From an uncultured Holophagales bacterium (GTDB lineage Bacteria > Acidobacteriota > Thermoanaerobaculia > Multivoradales > UBA5704), in assembly GCA_963842525.1 (NCBI GenBank), contig CAWJGT010000034.1, forward strand, positions 576,001 through 640,000: 64,000 nucleotides of DNA. The letters run 5' to 3'. Below the pieces are notes generated by a model that saw nothing but the letters and a program-made list of their open reading frames with translations, had not been told where the DNA came from and searched no databases. Positions within the stretch are counted from its first letter, which is position 1; the number at the start of each line of letters is the position of its first letter. The position numbers were made by a program, and so were the translations under genes. Below, piece by piece: positions 20,472-30,509 of the stretch.

Positions 20472-21881
20472 CTACCGGGGAACGAACGTGGCGCGCAGGT
20501 TCGAGTACCGCGAGCCATTGGGTGGGAAGTATGCCCCATCGCCGACCCCGGCCTGGCCGAAGTCGAGGAGCACGCGCCGCTGCCCATCGGTCGAGAGGTC
20601 GAGATTGTTGATGCCGCCGGCCAGGGTGTGCACCACCTTGCCCGCGCGCAGGACGGTGAGCGTCACCCGGCGCTGGATCAGATCATAATCCATACGGATA
20701 TGGTAGTTGCTCCTCGGCCGCCACGGTCCGGTCTGGCTGCGCAGGATCTCCCCCTCGCCCGTGCGCGGGTCCTTGCCGATGTCGACGATCGACTTGAACC
20801 CCTTGCTGCCGCGCACGATGAGCCCGTAGTAGAGCACACGGCTCTGGCGGTCGCCCGTGCGCCGCAGGCTGGTGATGCCGTGGAACAGCGGGGTCTGCCA
20901 GGTGTGGAAGTAGAGGTCGAACTCCACCGTGGCCCGCTTGTAGGCGACGTGGCGCTGGAGCGGCACGTCGAACGCCTTGAAGGAGGCGCCCTTCCTCGCC
21001 GCGAGGAACTGGCCGTCGACCCGGAACTGGACCGTACCGTCGGCCAGCACGACCTCGTCGGTCACCGACTCGACCTCGAGCGGCGAGAGAGCCGCATCGT
21101 CCACCACGGGATACTCCACGGTGCTCGCACCGGCGACCACGTCGCTGCCGAGGGGCTGCGAAGGCATCATGACGTTCAGCTCGCCGCTGCCGGGCTTGTA
21201 GACGCGCGAATAGGCATAGAAGGCCTCGTCGCAGGAGACCGCATACCGGGCGTCGTCGATGTTGGTCGCGCCGAGGAGCGCGAGGGAGCTCTCGAAGACG
21301 CGCACCGACAGCGGCGGCAGCGTGACGCGCGAGTCGGCCGCGATCCGGCTGCCGTCCACCCGGAAGGCGCCGACCTCGCACTGCGTGGTCTGGCGCGAGG
21401 CGTTGACCACATACAGGTCGGTGATCAGGCCGCCCGGCTTGTGGCTCAGCCCGTGGAGATGCAGCGTGTCGTCACCCGCGGCGACCTGAACGCCGCCGAC
21501 CACCGGGCCGGCAGTCGCGGCGCGCAGACCGCCGCCCGGCCCCACCGCCTCCAGGCGCGGCGTCACCAGCAGCTGCGGCGCGCCGCTCACGAGCAGCATC
21601 CCGTTCTGGCCGGCAGGAGCCAGGTTGGTGACCAGCACGGTCGCTCCGGGAGCGACGGTCATCGACTTGCTTCCAGCCCTGGTGCCGTCGGCGCCCGGGG
21701 CGATGAAGGAGTAGGTCCAACGCCGGGCCACGCTGCCCGTGTTGGTGACCCACACGCGTGTGGAGTACTTGGTTCCGTCGGCCGCGACGCCGCCGGTGAT
21801 CGGGATGATGAGCTCGCCGGCGGCGAGCGGTGCGGCGAGCGCCGCGGTCAGCAGGAGGGCGGGGATAACGCGATGCTTCAT
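20472..21881 (-). CDS. Secreted beta-rich hypothetical protein (paralog B)
   Basis: Signal peptide MKHRVIPALLL; shares GVGDGAYFPP.G..YSNL and GPW motifs with 21911-23263. Confidence 0.75.
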   Translation of the reverse strand: MKHRVIPALLLTAALAAPLAAGELIIPITGGVAADGTKYSTRVWVTNTGSVARRWTYSFIAPGADGTRAGSKSMTVAPGATVLVTNLAPAGQNGMLLVSGAPQLLVTPRLEAVGPGGGLRAATAGPVVGGVQVAAGDDTLHLHGLSHKPGGLITDLYVVNASRQTTQCEVGAFRVDGSRIAADSRVTLPPLSVRVFESSLALLGATNIDDARYAVSCDEAFYAYSRVYKPGSGELNVMMPSQPLGSDVVAGASTVEYPVVDDAALSPLEVESVTDEVVLADGTVQFRVDGQFLAARKGASFKAFDVPLQRHVAYKRATVEFDLYFHTWQTPLFHGITSLRRTGDRQSRVLYYGLIVRGSKGFKSIVDIGKDPRTGEGEILRSQTGPWRPRSNYHIRMDYDLIQRRVTLTVLRAGKVVHTLAGGINNLDLSTDGQRRVLLDFGQAGVGDGAYFPPNGSRYSNLRATFVPR

Positions 21882-21910
21882 TCTTCGAGACCTCCGAAGT
21901 CGGCCATGAA

Positions 21911-23263
21911 TCAATTGCGGCCTGGACGGCGCGGGGTGAGCTTGACGGTGAGATTGGAGTACTTCCACCCCAGCGGCGGGAAATAGGCGCCGTCGCCGAC
22001 GCCGACCGAGCTGAAGTCGACTCGCACGTTCTTGCCCGGTACATTGGAGATGTCGAGGCTGTTCAGCGGGCCGCTCAGCCGTTGCACGAGCTTCCCCGCC
22101 TGGTAGGCCTCGAAGACGACGACACCGGCGTCGGTGTCGTAGTCGAAGACGATGTGATAGGTGGTGCGCTCCTTCCAGGGCCCCTTGCCGCTCTTGATGG
22201 TCGTCCCTTCGTGCGCCCCCGGCGGCAGACCCATGTCGAGAATGGTGCGGTAGTCGCCCGAGCCCTTGAGGATCAGGCCCCAATAGAGCATGCGCTCGGA
22301 ACGGCTGGAGGCGGAGCGCCGGAAGCTCGCCACATTGTGGAACATCGGATTGAGCGGGAACGCCGGACGCCACTTGTCGATATACAGGTCGAGCTCGACG
22401 CGGGCGTGGCCATACTGCACCCCCGGCTGGAGCGGCAGGTCATAGGCCGCAAACGTCGAGCTGTTGGCGAACTGCCCGGGGAGGTTGAAGGTCACGCCGC
22501 CGTCTTCTTCGGGCTTGAGGTCCTCCTCCAGGCTCGCCGCCGGGCCGAGGATCACGGTCTCGGGCCCGCCCGAGCGATAGACCAGCGCGAAGGTGCCGAA
22601 CACCTGATCGCAGGTGACGCTGAACCGGACGTCCTTGATCGAGGTCTGCCCCAGGCTGGCCAGCGCGCTGGAGAACTCGTTCTGCGACAACGGAAGCAGC
22701 GACAGGCTCACCGCGCTGCCGATCCGGCTGCCGTTGGCACGGAAGGCTTCGACCTGGCACTTCGCGGGGTTGCGGGACAGGTTCATGAGCCCGAAATCGG
22801 TGACCGCCCCATTCGTATGCTCCAGGCTCTGGAGCTGCACGCGCTCGCCCGGGCCGATCGCATTGACCGCCGAGAGGACCGGGACCTGCGCGCTGGCCAG
22901 GACGTTGCCGGCCGCCGCCAGGGCCTCGATCCGGGCGCTCACAACGATCGCCGCATCGCCGCTCACCTCGAGCATGCCTCGCGCCCCGGCCGGCACCGCG
23001 TTGTACAGGCGCAGCGTCGCTCCGGCGGGAAGGAAGAACGAAGCGGGCTGGTGGTTTCCCGCCGCGCCGTTGGTGCCGTTGGCAAGAAAGGAGACGCTGA
23101 CCTCGCGAGGCGTGCCGGCGGTGTTGGTCAGGATCAGGAGCGTACGGTAGGTGGAGGCACCGAGCGTCAGGTTGGTGGCCAGCGGCACATAGACGTCACC
23201 CGCCAGGAGCGGGGTGAACGGCATGAGCAGCGCACACAGGCCGAGGATCCAGGTTCGACTCAT
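21911..23263 (-). CDS. Secreted beta-rich hypothetical protein (paralog A)
   Basis: Signal peptide MSRTWILG; colinear similarity to the downstream gene. Confidence 0.75.
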   Translation of the reverse strand: MSRTWILGLCALLMPFTPLLAGDVYVPLATNLTLGASTYRTLLILTNTAGTPREVSVSFLANGTNGAAGNHQPASFFLPAGATLRLYNAVPAGARGMLEVSGDAAIVVSARIEALAAAGNVLASAQVPVLSAVNAIGPGERVQLQSLEHTNGAVTDFGLMNLSRNPAKCQVEAFRANGSRIGSAVSLSLLPLSQNEFSSALASLGQTSIKDVRFSVTCDQVFGTFALVYRSGGPETVILGPAASLEEDLKPEEDGGVTFNLPGQFANSSTFAAYDLPLQPGVQYGHARVELDLYIDKWRPAFPLNPMFHNVASFRRSASSRSERMLYWGLILKGSGDYRTILDMGLPPGAHEGTTIKSGKGPWKERTTYHIVFDYDTDAGVVVFEAYQAGKLVQRLSGPLNSLDISNVPGKNVRVDFSSVGVGDGAYFPPLGWKYSNLTVKLTPRRPGRN

Positions 23264-23387
23264 TTCCTGTTCTCCAGCAGGATCACGGCACCGAAAGAGG
23301 CACAACGTTGATGCTGTAATGTCACTATAACATTTCGCGCACGCCTCTGACAAGCCTTTCGCCCGCCAGAGTTATACTTTGAGGATC

Positions 23388-24512
23388 ATGCGAAACCTCG
23401 GTTCCCGCGCGGGACACGTCCTGCTGCTCTTCGGCTTCCAGCTCGCGACGGCGCTGGCCGCGCCGCCCGTCATCGCAGAACCTCCGGCGCACGAGACCGG
23501 CACGCCCCGGCCGACGGCGGCAGAAGCCTTTGCGGAGGGACAGAAGCTGCTCGCCCGGAGAGAGCCGGAGGACATCCGGGCGGCGCTGCGGCACTTCGAG
23601 CAGGCGACCGCCGTCGACGCGGCATTCGCGCCGGCCTTCGCAGGTCTGGCGGAAGCCCATGCCCTGCTTTACGACTATCCCCGGGCCCGGGAGGCGGCCC
23701 TCCAGGCGCTGACCCTCGACGATCGCCTGGCGAACGCGCATGCCGTCCTGGGATTCGTCCGGCTGCACGGGGATTGGGACTGGACCGGGGCCGAAGCGGA
23801 GCTCAAGCGCGCCCTGGAGCTCGATCCCAAGAACCCCACCACGCACCTCTGGTCCGCGATTCTCCTCGAAGCCACCGGCCGCTCCGACGAGGCGGTCGCG
23901 GCGGCGCGCCGGGCCGTCGAGCTCGCCCCTGGCCAAGCCCAGGTCCGTGCCGGCCTCGGCTTCCGCCTCTATTGGGCGCGCCGCTATGACGAGGCTGTCA
24001 CGGAGCTGACCGCCGCGGTGGAGCTGGACCCCAAACTGGAGACCGCCTGGTACTTCATCGGCCGCGCCCGCGTGCAGCAGGGCCGCTTCGACGACGCCCG
24101 GTCCGCCTTTGCGGATGCCAAAGCGCTCTCTCCCAAGGATGCCAACCTCACCTCGGCCATCGGCTATCTCGAAGCCCTCGCCGGGCGCCGGCAGGAGGCC
24201 GAGAACGTCCTCCTGGAGCTGGAGCGCCTCGCCCTCCGCGGCCTCCCCTTCTCCTCACAGGTCGCCGGCATCCGCGCGGCTCTCGGGGACAAGCAGGCGG
24301 CCCTGGGCTGGCTGGAACGCGCCCATGCGAACCACGAGGGCGCCCTGGTCTGGCTGAAGATCGATCCCCGCTTCGATTCCCTGCGCGGCGAGGTCCGCTT
24401 CGCCGAGCTACTGCAGAGGATCGGGCTCGCCGGCACTGTCGCCGGGGTGCTCAGCCCGCCCGTCTTCTTCGGGCTCGCTAGGCTTGGGACTCATAGAATC
24501 GTCGCTCTTTAG
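23388..24512 (+). CDS. Secreted TPR protein
   Basis: Signal peptide, TPRs, WDW..AE..LKRALELDP and C-terminal LKIDPRFDSLR motif. Confidence 0.8.
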   Translation: MRNLGSRAGHVLLLFGFQLATALAAPPVIAEPPAHETGTPRPTAAEAFAEGQKLLARREPEDIRAALRHFEQATAVDAAFAPAFAGLAEAHALLYDYPRAREAALQALTLDDRLANAHAVLGFVRLHGDWDWTGAEAELKRALELDPKNPTTHLWSAILLEATGRSDEAVAAARRAVELAPGQAQVRAGLGFRLYWARRYDEAVTELTAAVELDPKLETAWYFIGRARVQQGRFDDARSAFADAKALSPKDANLTSAIGYLEALAGRRQEAENVLLELERLALRGLPFSSQVAGIRAALGDKQAALGWLERAHANHEGALVWLKIDPRFDSLRGEVRFAELLQRIGLAGTVAGVLSPPVFFGLARLGTHRIVAL

Positions 24513-24760
24513 GCTTCGCCTCTCGGGCGAAAGAGACGCCGTGCTTCTCCCGGTTGATCCGGTCCTTGGGAGTATAGCTCGGGGAGGAAGAGTCCGACGG
24601 GCTGTAACGTCTCGTCCCGGGATCGAGGCGATCTCGACCCCCGGCAGGAGCGTACCGCCACGAGACTTGCGGAGCGGCGGCAACGGCTCCCGGCGCCCCG
24701 CTCCTCAGGAGCGGCCGCGCAAAGGAGGCCTGCGAGCCTACAGCGGAGCACGCCGCCGGC

Positions 24761-25222
24761 TCATCTCAACGCTTCAGCGAGGATCTTCCCGGCCTCCGCG
24801 CCTCCCGTCTTGCTCACGTAAGCGGTTAGAACCGGCACGGCCTTCGTTGCCGTCTCCGGCTTCAGGCCGAGCTTGTTGAAGGCGCCCGCGACGCCGGAGA
24901 GGCCCCCGAGGCTGGCGGCTTCCGGCACTGCTCTGGCCATGGTGCTCCCCGCACCGGAGGCGACAACGGGCGCCGCCCTCAGCAGGCCGTCCATGCCGGG
25001 CACGGCGCCGGCGACTTTCGACCAATCCTCCGGCTTCAACCGGGCCTTCGCGAGGCCGAACAGTGCGCCCGCGGCGCCTTCCGCCTGCTCGGACGTGGCG
25101 CCGATCTCCTTCGCCAGCGCGCCGACGAGCTCCGGGTTGGCGGGCGGCGTCGCGGCTTGAAGCGTGACGGCCGTCAACGCCACCGCGAGCACAAGCAGGG
25201 ACGAGAGTTGCTTCGCGTTCAT
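24761..25222 (-). CDS. DUF2780-like secreted protein
   Basis: QAEGAAGALFGLAK..L, VPGMDGLL, AFNKLGL pattern. Confidence 0.7.
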   Translation of the reverse strand: MNAKQLSSLLVLAVALTAVTLQAATPPANPELVGALAKEIGATSEQAEGAAGALFGLAKARLKPEDWSKVAGAVPGMDGLLRAAPVVASGAGSTMARAVPEAASLGGLSGVAGAFNKLGLKPETATKAVPVLTAYVSKTGGAEAGKILAEALR

Positions 25223-25283
25223 GGCAATCCTCCGTTGCGTAGAGCTGGCGTGTCCGCCAGGAAGAGCCTCATTCTAGACGATT

Positions 25284-25427
25284 GAGGTTCACGCTGCGTA
25301 TGGGGGCCCAGAACAAGCCCAGGCGCAGGGACCGGCCGCGACTCGGGAAGCCGATGAGGGTTTCATAGCGGCGGTCCGCGAGGTTGTCCAGCCGGGCGCG
25401 GAGCTGCCAACTGGAGGTCATCCGCCA
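25284..25427 (-). pseudogene. 3' remnant of TonB-dependent receptor gene (copy 1)
   Basis: Encodes WQLRARLDNLADRRYETLIGFPSRGRSLRLGL; direct repeat of 42523-42644. Confidence 0.65.
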
Positions 25428-25505
25428 GGAGGCGTGGAGGCCGATCAGGCCGTAGCCGGCTATTGTCTCCCGCCCCGGGACCGGGATCTGCTCGTCGAAG
25501 CTCTG

Positions 25506-26105
25506 CTAAGTTTCCTCACTCGGTTCCGCGAGCTCAGCCTCCCACAGGCCTTCGTAGCGAAGTACCCGCCCGAAGGCATCTGTATCCAGGCGCGCGATGA
25601 ACGGCTCGCCGTCGACCAGGGCTCGATAGCGGAAGCTGTTCTCGGCCTCCCGCGTGTAGGTCTGTTCCAACGGCTCGAGCCGAAGCTCTGGAAAGCGAAG
25701 CCACGCACTCCGCACGGGCGCACTCTCACCGACGGCGAGGACGAGACGTCGGATTGGCAGCGTGTTTGTCGCGGGCGTGAACCCCAGATCAACGTCCAAT
25801 GCGCCAGCGAGCTCGGGCACCGGCGCGCCGTCACGCCTCCAGTGCCCCGCCCCGTCCGCCGAAAGGGCGAACCGGATCGGATCGCCGCCCACCACGCCCT
25901 CGATCATCGCCGAGCGCGTCCGCCACTCCGGGTCACAGTCGATCGTGTAGTGGAGCCGCGCAGCAACGCCAGCCTCCTCGACATCGAGCTCGCCGGTCAG
26001 ACGCCAACCGGCGGCTGTTTGCTCGACGTGCGCCTGCTCCTGCCCCGGCACATCCAAGCGACGCCAGCGCATACGCGACTCTGGGGGGAAGGGGCGCAGG
26101 GTCAT
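25506..26105 (-). CDS. Putative glycolipid-binding domain protein
   Basis: WRRLD, DVDLGFTPATNTLPIRRL, EPLEQTY, YEGLW motifs. Confidence 0.8.
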   Translation of the reverse strand: MTLRPFPPESRMRWRRLDVPGQEQAHVEQTAAGWRLTGELDVEEAGVAARLHYTIDCDPEWRTRSAMIEGVVGGDPIRFALSADGAGHWRRDGAPVPELAGALDVDLGFTPATNTLPIRRLVLAVGESAPVRSAWLRFPELRLEPLEQTYTREAENSFRYRALVDGEPFIARLDTDAFGRVLRYEGLWEAELAEPSEET

Positions 26106-26109
26106 CGAT

Positions 26110-26141
26110 GCCGCCGTTCGCTGCAGCGCATTTCGTTAGGC
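26110..26141 (-). other. Truncated attC (R'' and L'' only)
   Basis: Minus strand GCCTAACgaaatgcgctgcagcgaacgg shortly after the stop of 26183-26657; complementary to that cassette's GTTAGGC. Confidence 0.55.
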
Positions 26142-26182
26142 GGTCAACCCATAGCCATCAAAGTCCTTGATCTCAAAGCCCC

Positions 26183-26657
26183 TCAGACCTTCTTGAGCTT
26201 GTAGTGAAAGACCCTGTTGTCTGCAAAACCTGGAAATTCGCCAAAGGTTTTCGGCGGCTCTACGGCGCTGGCTTGGATCCCGACCAAGGTAAGTGTCCCA
26301 TCCTCAATCTTGAAGATGGCGAAGACCACTTTACCGATGTCATCGCACGGTTGCGGACAATCTTTGATCGTGGCGTGTAGCTGCTGTGGGTATGTGCCTG
26401 CAGGCAGTGTAAACGTCGTCTCAAACCAAAAGTTCGTGTCCCGGTGAAAGTGGAGTGAATTGCCGGTGATCGTCATGGTGATTTTGCCGTCCGACTCATT
26501 GCCAACCATGACTCCCTCCCATGTTCCTTGGAGAGGTTGTAGTTCTGCAGCGGTTGGTTGGTTGGTCGGGCCAGCGGCTTGCGTGCACATAAGCCCACAA
26601 GGCATGAGGATGGAAAGCGTCGTGACGGCGAGTGCCATTTTGATGGTCATTCTCATC
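26183..26657 (-). CDS. TIGR03067-like secreted protein (gene cassette)
   Basis: ELQPLQGTW and IFKIEDGTLTL motifs; lower GC; starts just after an attC core site. Confidence 0.7.
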
Positions 26658-26706
26658 GGACTCTCTGGTTTCGGTTGCTGTCGGATAAAGGATTCGTGCA
26701 GAAAGC

Positions 26707-26766
26707 GCCTAACGATCTGGGCATAAGCGGTGGCGTCAGCCATCCGCTTGATGCCCGGGGTTCTGC
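26707..26766 (-). other. Integron attC recombination site (60 bp)
   Basis: Minus: GCAGAAC-ccc-GGGCAT(C)AAGCGG(A)TGGC-tgac-GCCACCGCTTATGCCC-agatc-GTTAGGC. The two unpaired bases equal G and T on the bottom strand, as in canonical attC. Confidence 0.8.
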
Positions 26767-26772
26767 GCCAAG

Positions 26773-26832
26773 TCATGCAAGCTGCAAGTCCTCGACGCTG
26801 GCATCGGTTGGTTTGGTCTTGTTCTCAGCCAT
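26773..26832 (-). pseudogene. Internally deleted DUF1801-like gene remnant
   Basis: RBS GAGGAG then MAENKTKPTDASVEDLQLA-stop, just before the attC. Confidence 0.45.
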
Positions 26833-26903
26833 CGCTGCTCCTCTGACAGTGCGGCTTGCGGCGCCGCTTGTTAGGTTGCCGCTCGCCACACCACAGGGTT
26901 AAC

Positions 26904-27785
26904 TTAGTGCAGGCGTCCGCTGCGGAGCTCCGCCTCGGCAGCGTCGATGTAGGCATGGTACCCCTCAGGGTCGATAAATGGTTCCACTGGATCCTTTGCG
27001 GTAGCGCTGGCGACGAATTTGCGATATCTGCCCCACCATCTCGCATGGCACGTCACCCAGATGTCAACGGGGAGGCCTCGGAGCACTCTGAAGCTGCGCT
27101 CGAGGTCGGCCTCTTGCTCTGGATACTGCGATGTGGCCAACCGCCCCAAGTCGCACGCGCTCACGACGTTCAGCACGCGATCACCGTCACGAACGTGGAA
27201 CGACCATGAGGTGCATCCACGCGTGTGGCCGCCGGTGATGTGCGCGGTGAGTGCGAGCGGCCCGAGGCGGACTGTGTCGCCGTCCTTGAACCGGTGGTCG
27301 ACCCGCATGGCCGGGTACCCGACGACCCCGATCCGGGCAAGGGCTCTGAGCGGCAGGATCCCGTCGGGGTCGTCGCCACCGGAGGCGAGGGTATAAGCAC
27401 TCGCTTCGCTCGCCCACAGTTCGGCACCAGACGCCTGCTGGAGCACTCCCAGCCCGCCGGCATGGTCGGGATGAGGCTCTGAGTTCAGGAGCACTCTGAC
27501 ATCCTTGATGCTGAAGCCGAGCTTCGCAATGCTCGCGATGATCATCGGTGCGGTGCTGGGATAGCCGCCATCGAGCACGATGTGGCCCTCGGGCCCGGTG
27601 ATGAGGAAGGCCGCGGCATCCGTCGCGCCAACGTAGTACAGGTTGCCGGCGATGCGGAACGGTTCGGCGGGCCCCTGCCCGCCTCGCTTTGTCGCATTCA
27701 GCCACCTGCCGACGAGTACCAGCGCAAAAATACTCGCCAGTCCGAGGAGGACTACCAACCGGTATCGCTTGGTGAATTGGGGCAA
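26904..27785 (-). CDS. Subclass B3 metallo-beta-lactamase, E116 variant
   Basis: EPFRIAGNLYYVG, LLNSEPHPDHAGG, GHTRGCTSW, DIWVTCH; followed by ACCTAAC inverse core site at 26870-26876. Confidence 0.88.
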   Translation of the reverse strand: MPQFTKRYRLVVLLGLASIFALVLVGRWLNATKRGGQGPAEPFRIAGNLYYVGATDAAAFLITGPEGHIVLDGGYPSTAPMIIASIAKLGFSIKDVRVLLNSEPHPDHAGGLGVLQQASGAELWASEASAYTLASGGDDPDGILPLRALARIGVVGYPAMRVDHRFKDGDTVRLGPLALTAHITGGHTRGCTSWSFHVRDGDRVLNVVSACDLGRLATSQYPEQEADLERSFRVLRGLPVDIWVTCHARWWGRYRKFVASATAKDPVEPFIDPEGYHAYIDAAEAELRSGRLH

Positions 27786-27834
27786 CCGTCACTCTCTATA
27801 GTCGTCCTGCTTTTTCATGGCGCACGAAGTCCCC

Positions 27835-27915
27835 GCCGAGTAGGCCAGGGCCCTTACGGACCCCCCGCCCCTCTAAGAACCGTGCATGCGAGTTTCCCCG
27901 CACACGGCTCAAGCA
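27835..27915 (-). ncRNA. Group II intron 3' remnant (domains V-VI)
   Basis: GAGCCGTGTGCGGGGAAACTCGCATGCACGGTTC (DV, AGC triad) plus DVI hairpin ending CCTACTCGGC. Confidence 0.85.
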
Positions 27916-28139
27916 CCTCAAAGGCCGATCTGTGACCGACCCGGTTGTCCCTACAACTGAACATCCTTCGCGATACTAACATGGTAGGCACCAGCTCTGG
28001 CCATCGCTTGGGCCTAACCGGATCGCGAGGCGAGCACGCGACGAACCCAAGCCGAGCGCAGGACGAGGAGCAGAAAGACGGCGGACCATCCGAACGCGAC
28101 GCCAAAATGCATCAGAAGGCCGACCAGGCCGTCGCGGGC

Positions 28140-28412
<273 letters not shown>

Positions 28413-28449
28413 CGGCGGTCTCCTTCGGCTGGGCTGGCTGGGCTGGCTG

Positions 28450-29023
28450 AGGATACCAGGCTGCGCAGGTGGCGTTGGAACTGAAAACGGCTCTCCAGGA
28501 AGTGCAGATCGATGAAGTAGCTCGCTGGCCCTTGCGGCTCGACCTTGGCGACCAGGCAGGAAAGCTCCCGGGCCACAAGAGCTTCCCTCAGGGCGCTCTG
28601 GAGCTCCTCTTCTGTACGGAGGGTGCCGGTGCGTGGAATGCCAGAGATAGAAGAAGCCGGGCTGGTGTCCGAGGGAGAACAGCTCGGCCGGCGTGGCCCC
28701 CATATTAGTGACCACGATGCACCGCGTCAGCTCGGGATAGATGGCGCGCAGTGCGTCGACGCGGAGCATCAGTCCTCCCACATCAGGCCGCGGCACTGGT
28801 TCTGCATCAACATCGCTGACTTCATGCCGGCGAGATGTGCGCCCGCCGACACCCCCACCCCCTCCTCCTCCTTGGCCAGGCGGACCAGGACCATCTCCGG
28901 GTCCTCCTCCGCGAGGCTCACCAGATGCACCAACCAGGTCTCCGGAAGCACGGAGAGCAAACGGATCCCCCACGCCTTGAGGGCATCGTAGACGGTCTGG
29001 GAGTTGGTCGCCGAGACAGGCAT
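28450..29023 (-). pseudogene. Internally deleted TPP-dependent (sulfopyruvate decarboxylase ComD/ComE-like) gene pair
   Basis: Alpha: LPETWL...KEEEGVGVSAGAHLAG...LMQN, truncated. Beta: N-term MLRVDAL...VVTNMG and C-term LVAKVEPQG...FQFQRHL in different frames. Confidence 0.7.
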
Positions 29024-29106
29024 CGTTCGCCTCAGGATCGCCGAAGCTCAGCAGAGCTTACACCACGGCCGCGCCAGCATGAAGCAGACAAGCTTCGCCT
29101 CCCTGC

Positions 29107-29745
29107 TTATTCAGGCGTCAAACTCCTTCTCTGTGGCTTTCCAACCAAGCGAAGAGCCTTGCCACTCAGTTGATATTCCAGCGTCACGATATACTGCGGG
29201 GCAGCATGTGGGCCATCTGCAGCCACATCAACTTCGAGATTGCCATTCTTTACCTTCAAGCCATCGTTATTAATGCCCCAATAGGATTCAGCATTAGGAT
29301 AATGGCGGCGATAATCCCGCTCCATGTCCTTGTCGCTAATCCCTGCGAGTAACGCGGCGCCTCCATTCTTGATTGTGTAGATATAGATTTCAGAGAGAGC
29401 AAAGTTGGCCATAACTGCGCCACAGTCAACAGGTATGATAGCGTCTTCATGCCCGTCGCCCGTCACATCTGCGTAAATAATCCTATTGTCTGCAACAGCA
29501 AAATAGATATTCTCATTTTTGAATTCGCCATCACGTACGCGAACTGTCTTGCCGATACCACTTTTTCCATATTCCTGTGAGCAGAGAGAGGAGTGATAAG
29601 TGAAGTTGAGAAAATCAACTTTCCGAATATCAGCCATGGCCGCTGGGCCTGGTGCTGAGCCTGCCTGCTTGCTGCCGTGCTGAGCAACAACGTTTGTAAC
29701 GCACAGTAACATTAGCAGGAGGCACAAACTCACTTGTCTCTTCAT
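29107..29745 (-). CDS. Secreted hypothetical protein, low GC
   Basis: Signal peptide, IRKVDFLNFTY, YADVTGDGHEDAI; AT-rich relative to the flanks. Confidence 0.7.
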   Translation of the reverse strand: MKRQVSLCLLLMLLCVTNVVAQHGSKQAGSAPGPAAMADIRKVDFLNFTYHSSLCSQEYGKSGIGKTVRVRDGEFKNENIYFAVADNRIIYADVTGDGHEDAIIPVDCGAVMANFALSEIYIYTIKNGGAALLAGISDKDMERDYRRHYPNAESYWGINNDGLKVKNGNLEVDVAADGPHAAPQYIVTLEYQLSGKALRLVGKPQRRSLTPE

Positions 29746-29799
29746 TTTTCTTCCTTCCATGGATGAATGGGCAACCGCCCAATCGCTACAATTCAAGAG

Positions 29800-29828
29800 A
29801 GCATACATGCGTCGTTGGAGGGTGTCAA
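29800..29828 (-). promoter_or_regulatory. Sigma-70 promoter copy 1
   Basis: Minus TTGACA-17 bp-TATGCT upstream of 29745. Confidence 0.75.
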
Positions 29829-29931
29829 AGCGTCGTGTAGCCCCTCCAGGGTTGTCGCAAAAGCACCAAAGGAGCCCGGCCCTTGGCGTGGTGCTCCTTC
29901 CTGGGTCCGGTCTTCCTGTATACTTGATCAT

Positions 29932-30340
29932 CATGACCTCATACCGGCTGCAGGCCGCCTTCGCGGTGGCCCTCTTCCTGCCAGTGGCCTTGCCGGCCGC
30001 TCCCCATCTCAGGGAGACCGACGACCTGTGGGTCACCGACGGCAGCGAGGCCGGCACGCGGCGGGTGAAGGACTTCCAGGCCACACCCGGCTCGTCGGGT
30101 CCGCTGGTGCAGACGGTGGTGGGGAACCGTCTCCTGTTCTCGGCGCAGACCGGCGGGGTGGAAGCACCTCTCTTCCTGACCGATGGCACCGCGGCGGGAA
30201 CGCAGATCCTCAGCACCGATGCCTCCTGGGCGTCCGACTTCATCCGTCTCGGGGATCGCCTGCTTCGCCGCGGACGACGGCCTCACCGGTCTCTTCGCTC
30301 GATGACATCCTTCGATCTGGTCGCGCCCGTTGAGCTCTAA
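29932..30340 (+). pseudogene. ELWxxDGT-repeat gene remnant
   Basis: Signal peptide joined to DLWVTDGSEAGTRRVKD and LFLTDGTAAGT; truncated. Confidence 0.6.
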
Positions 30341-30379
30341 TGCCGCGGCGGCACGTCAGCCGCGGCGCCAAAGCGGGTC

Positions 30380-30509
30380 GCATACGTCAGAACACAACTG
30401 TTGAAGATAATCGGCAAATAGAGAATCGCTCCAATACGGCGAAGTAGCGCAACCATCTGTTCCTTTTGGATTCATGGTACAGATCGTCGAGTTGGGCAAG
30501 TAGGTTCAT
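30380..30509 (-). pseudogene. DoxX-like membrane protein remnant
   Basis: MNLLAQLDDLYHESKRNRWLRYFAV joined out of frame to GAILYLPIIFNSCVLTY. Confidence 0.45.

Noticed and set aside
24567-24640. tRNA-like start GGGAGTATAGCTC...CTGTAA
   Set aside because: No TTC T-loop, no acceptor-stem pairing and no CCA.
30491-30497. GCCCAAC as an attC inverse core site
   Set aside because: It lies within the coding start of the DoxX-like remnant and has no hairpin partner.
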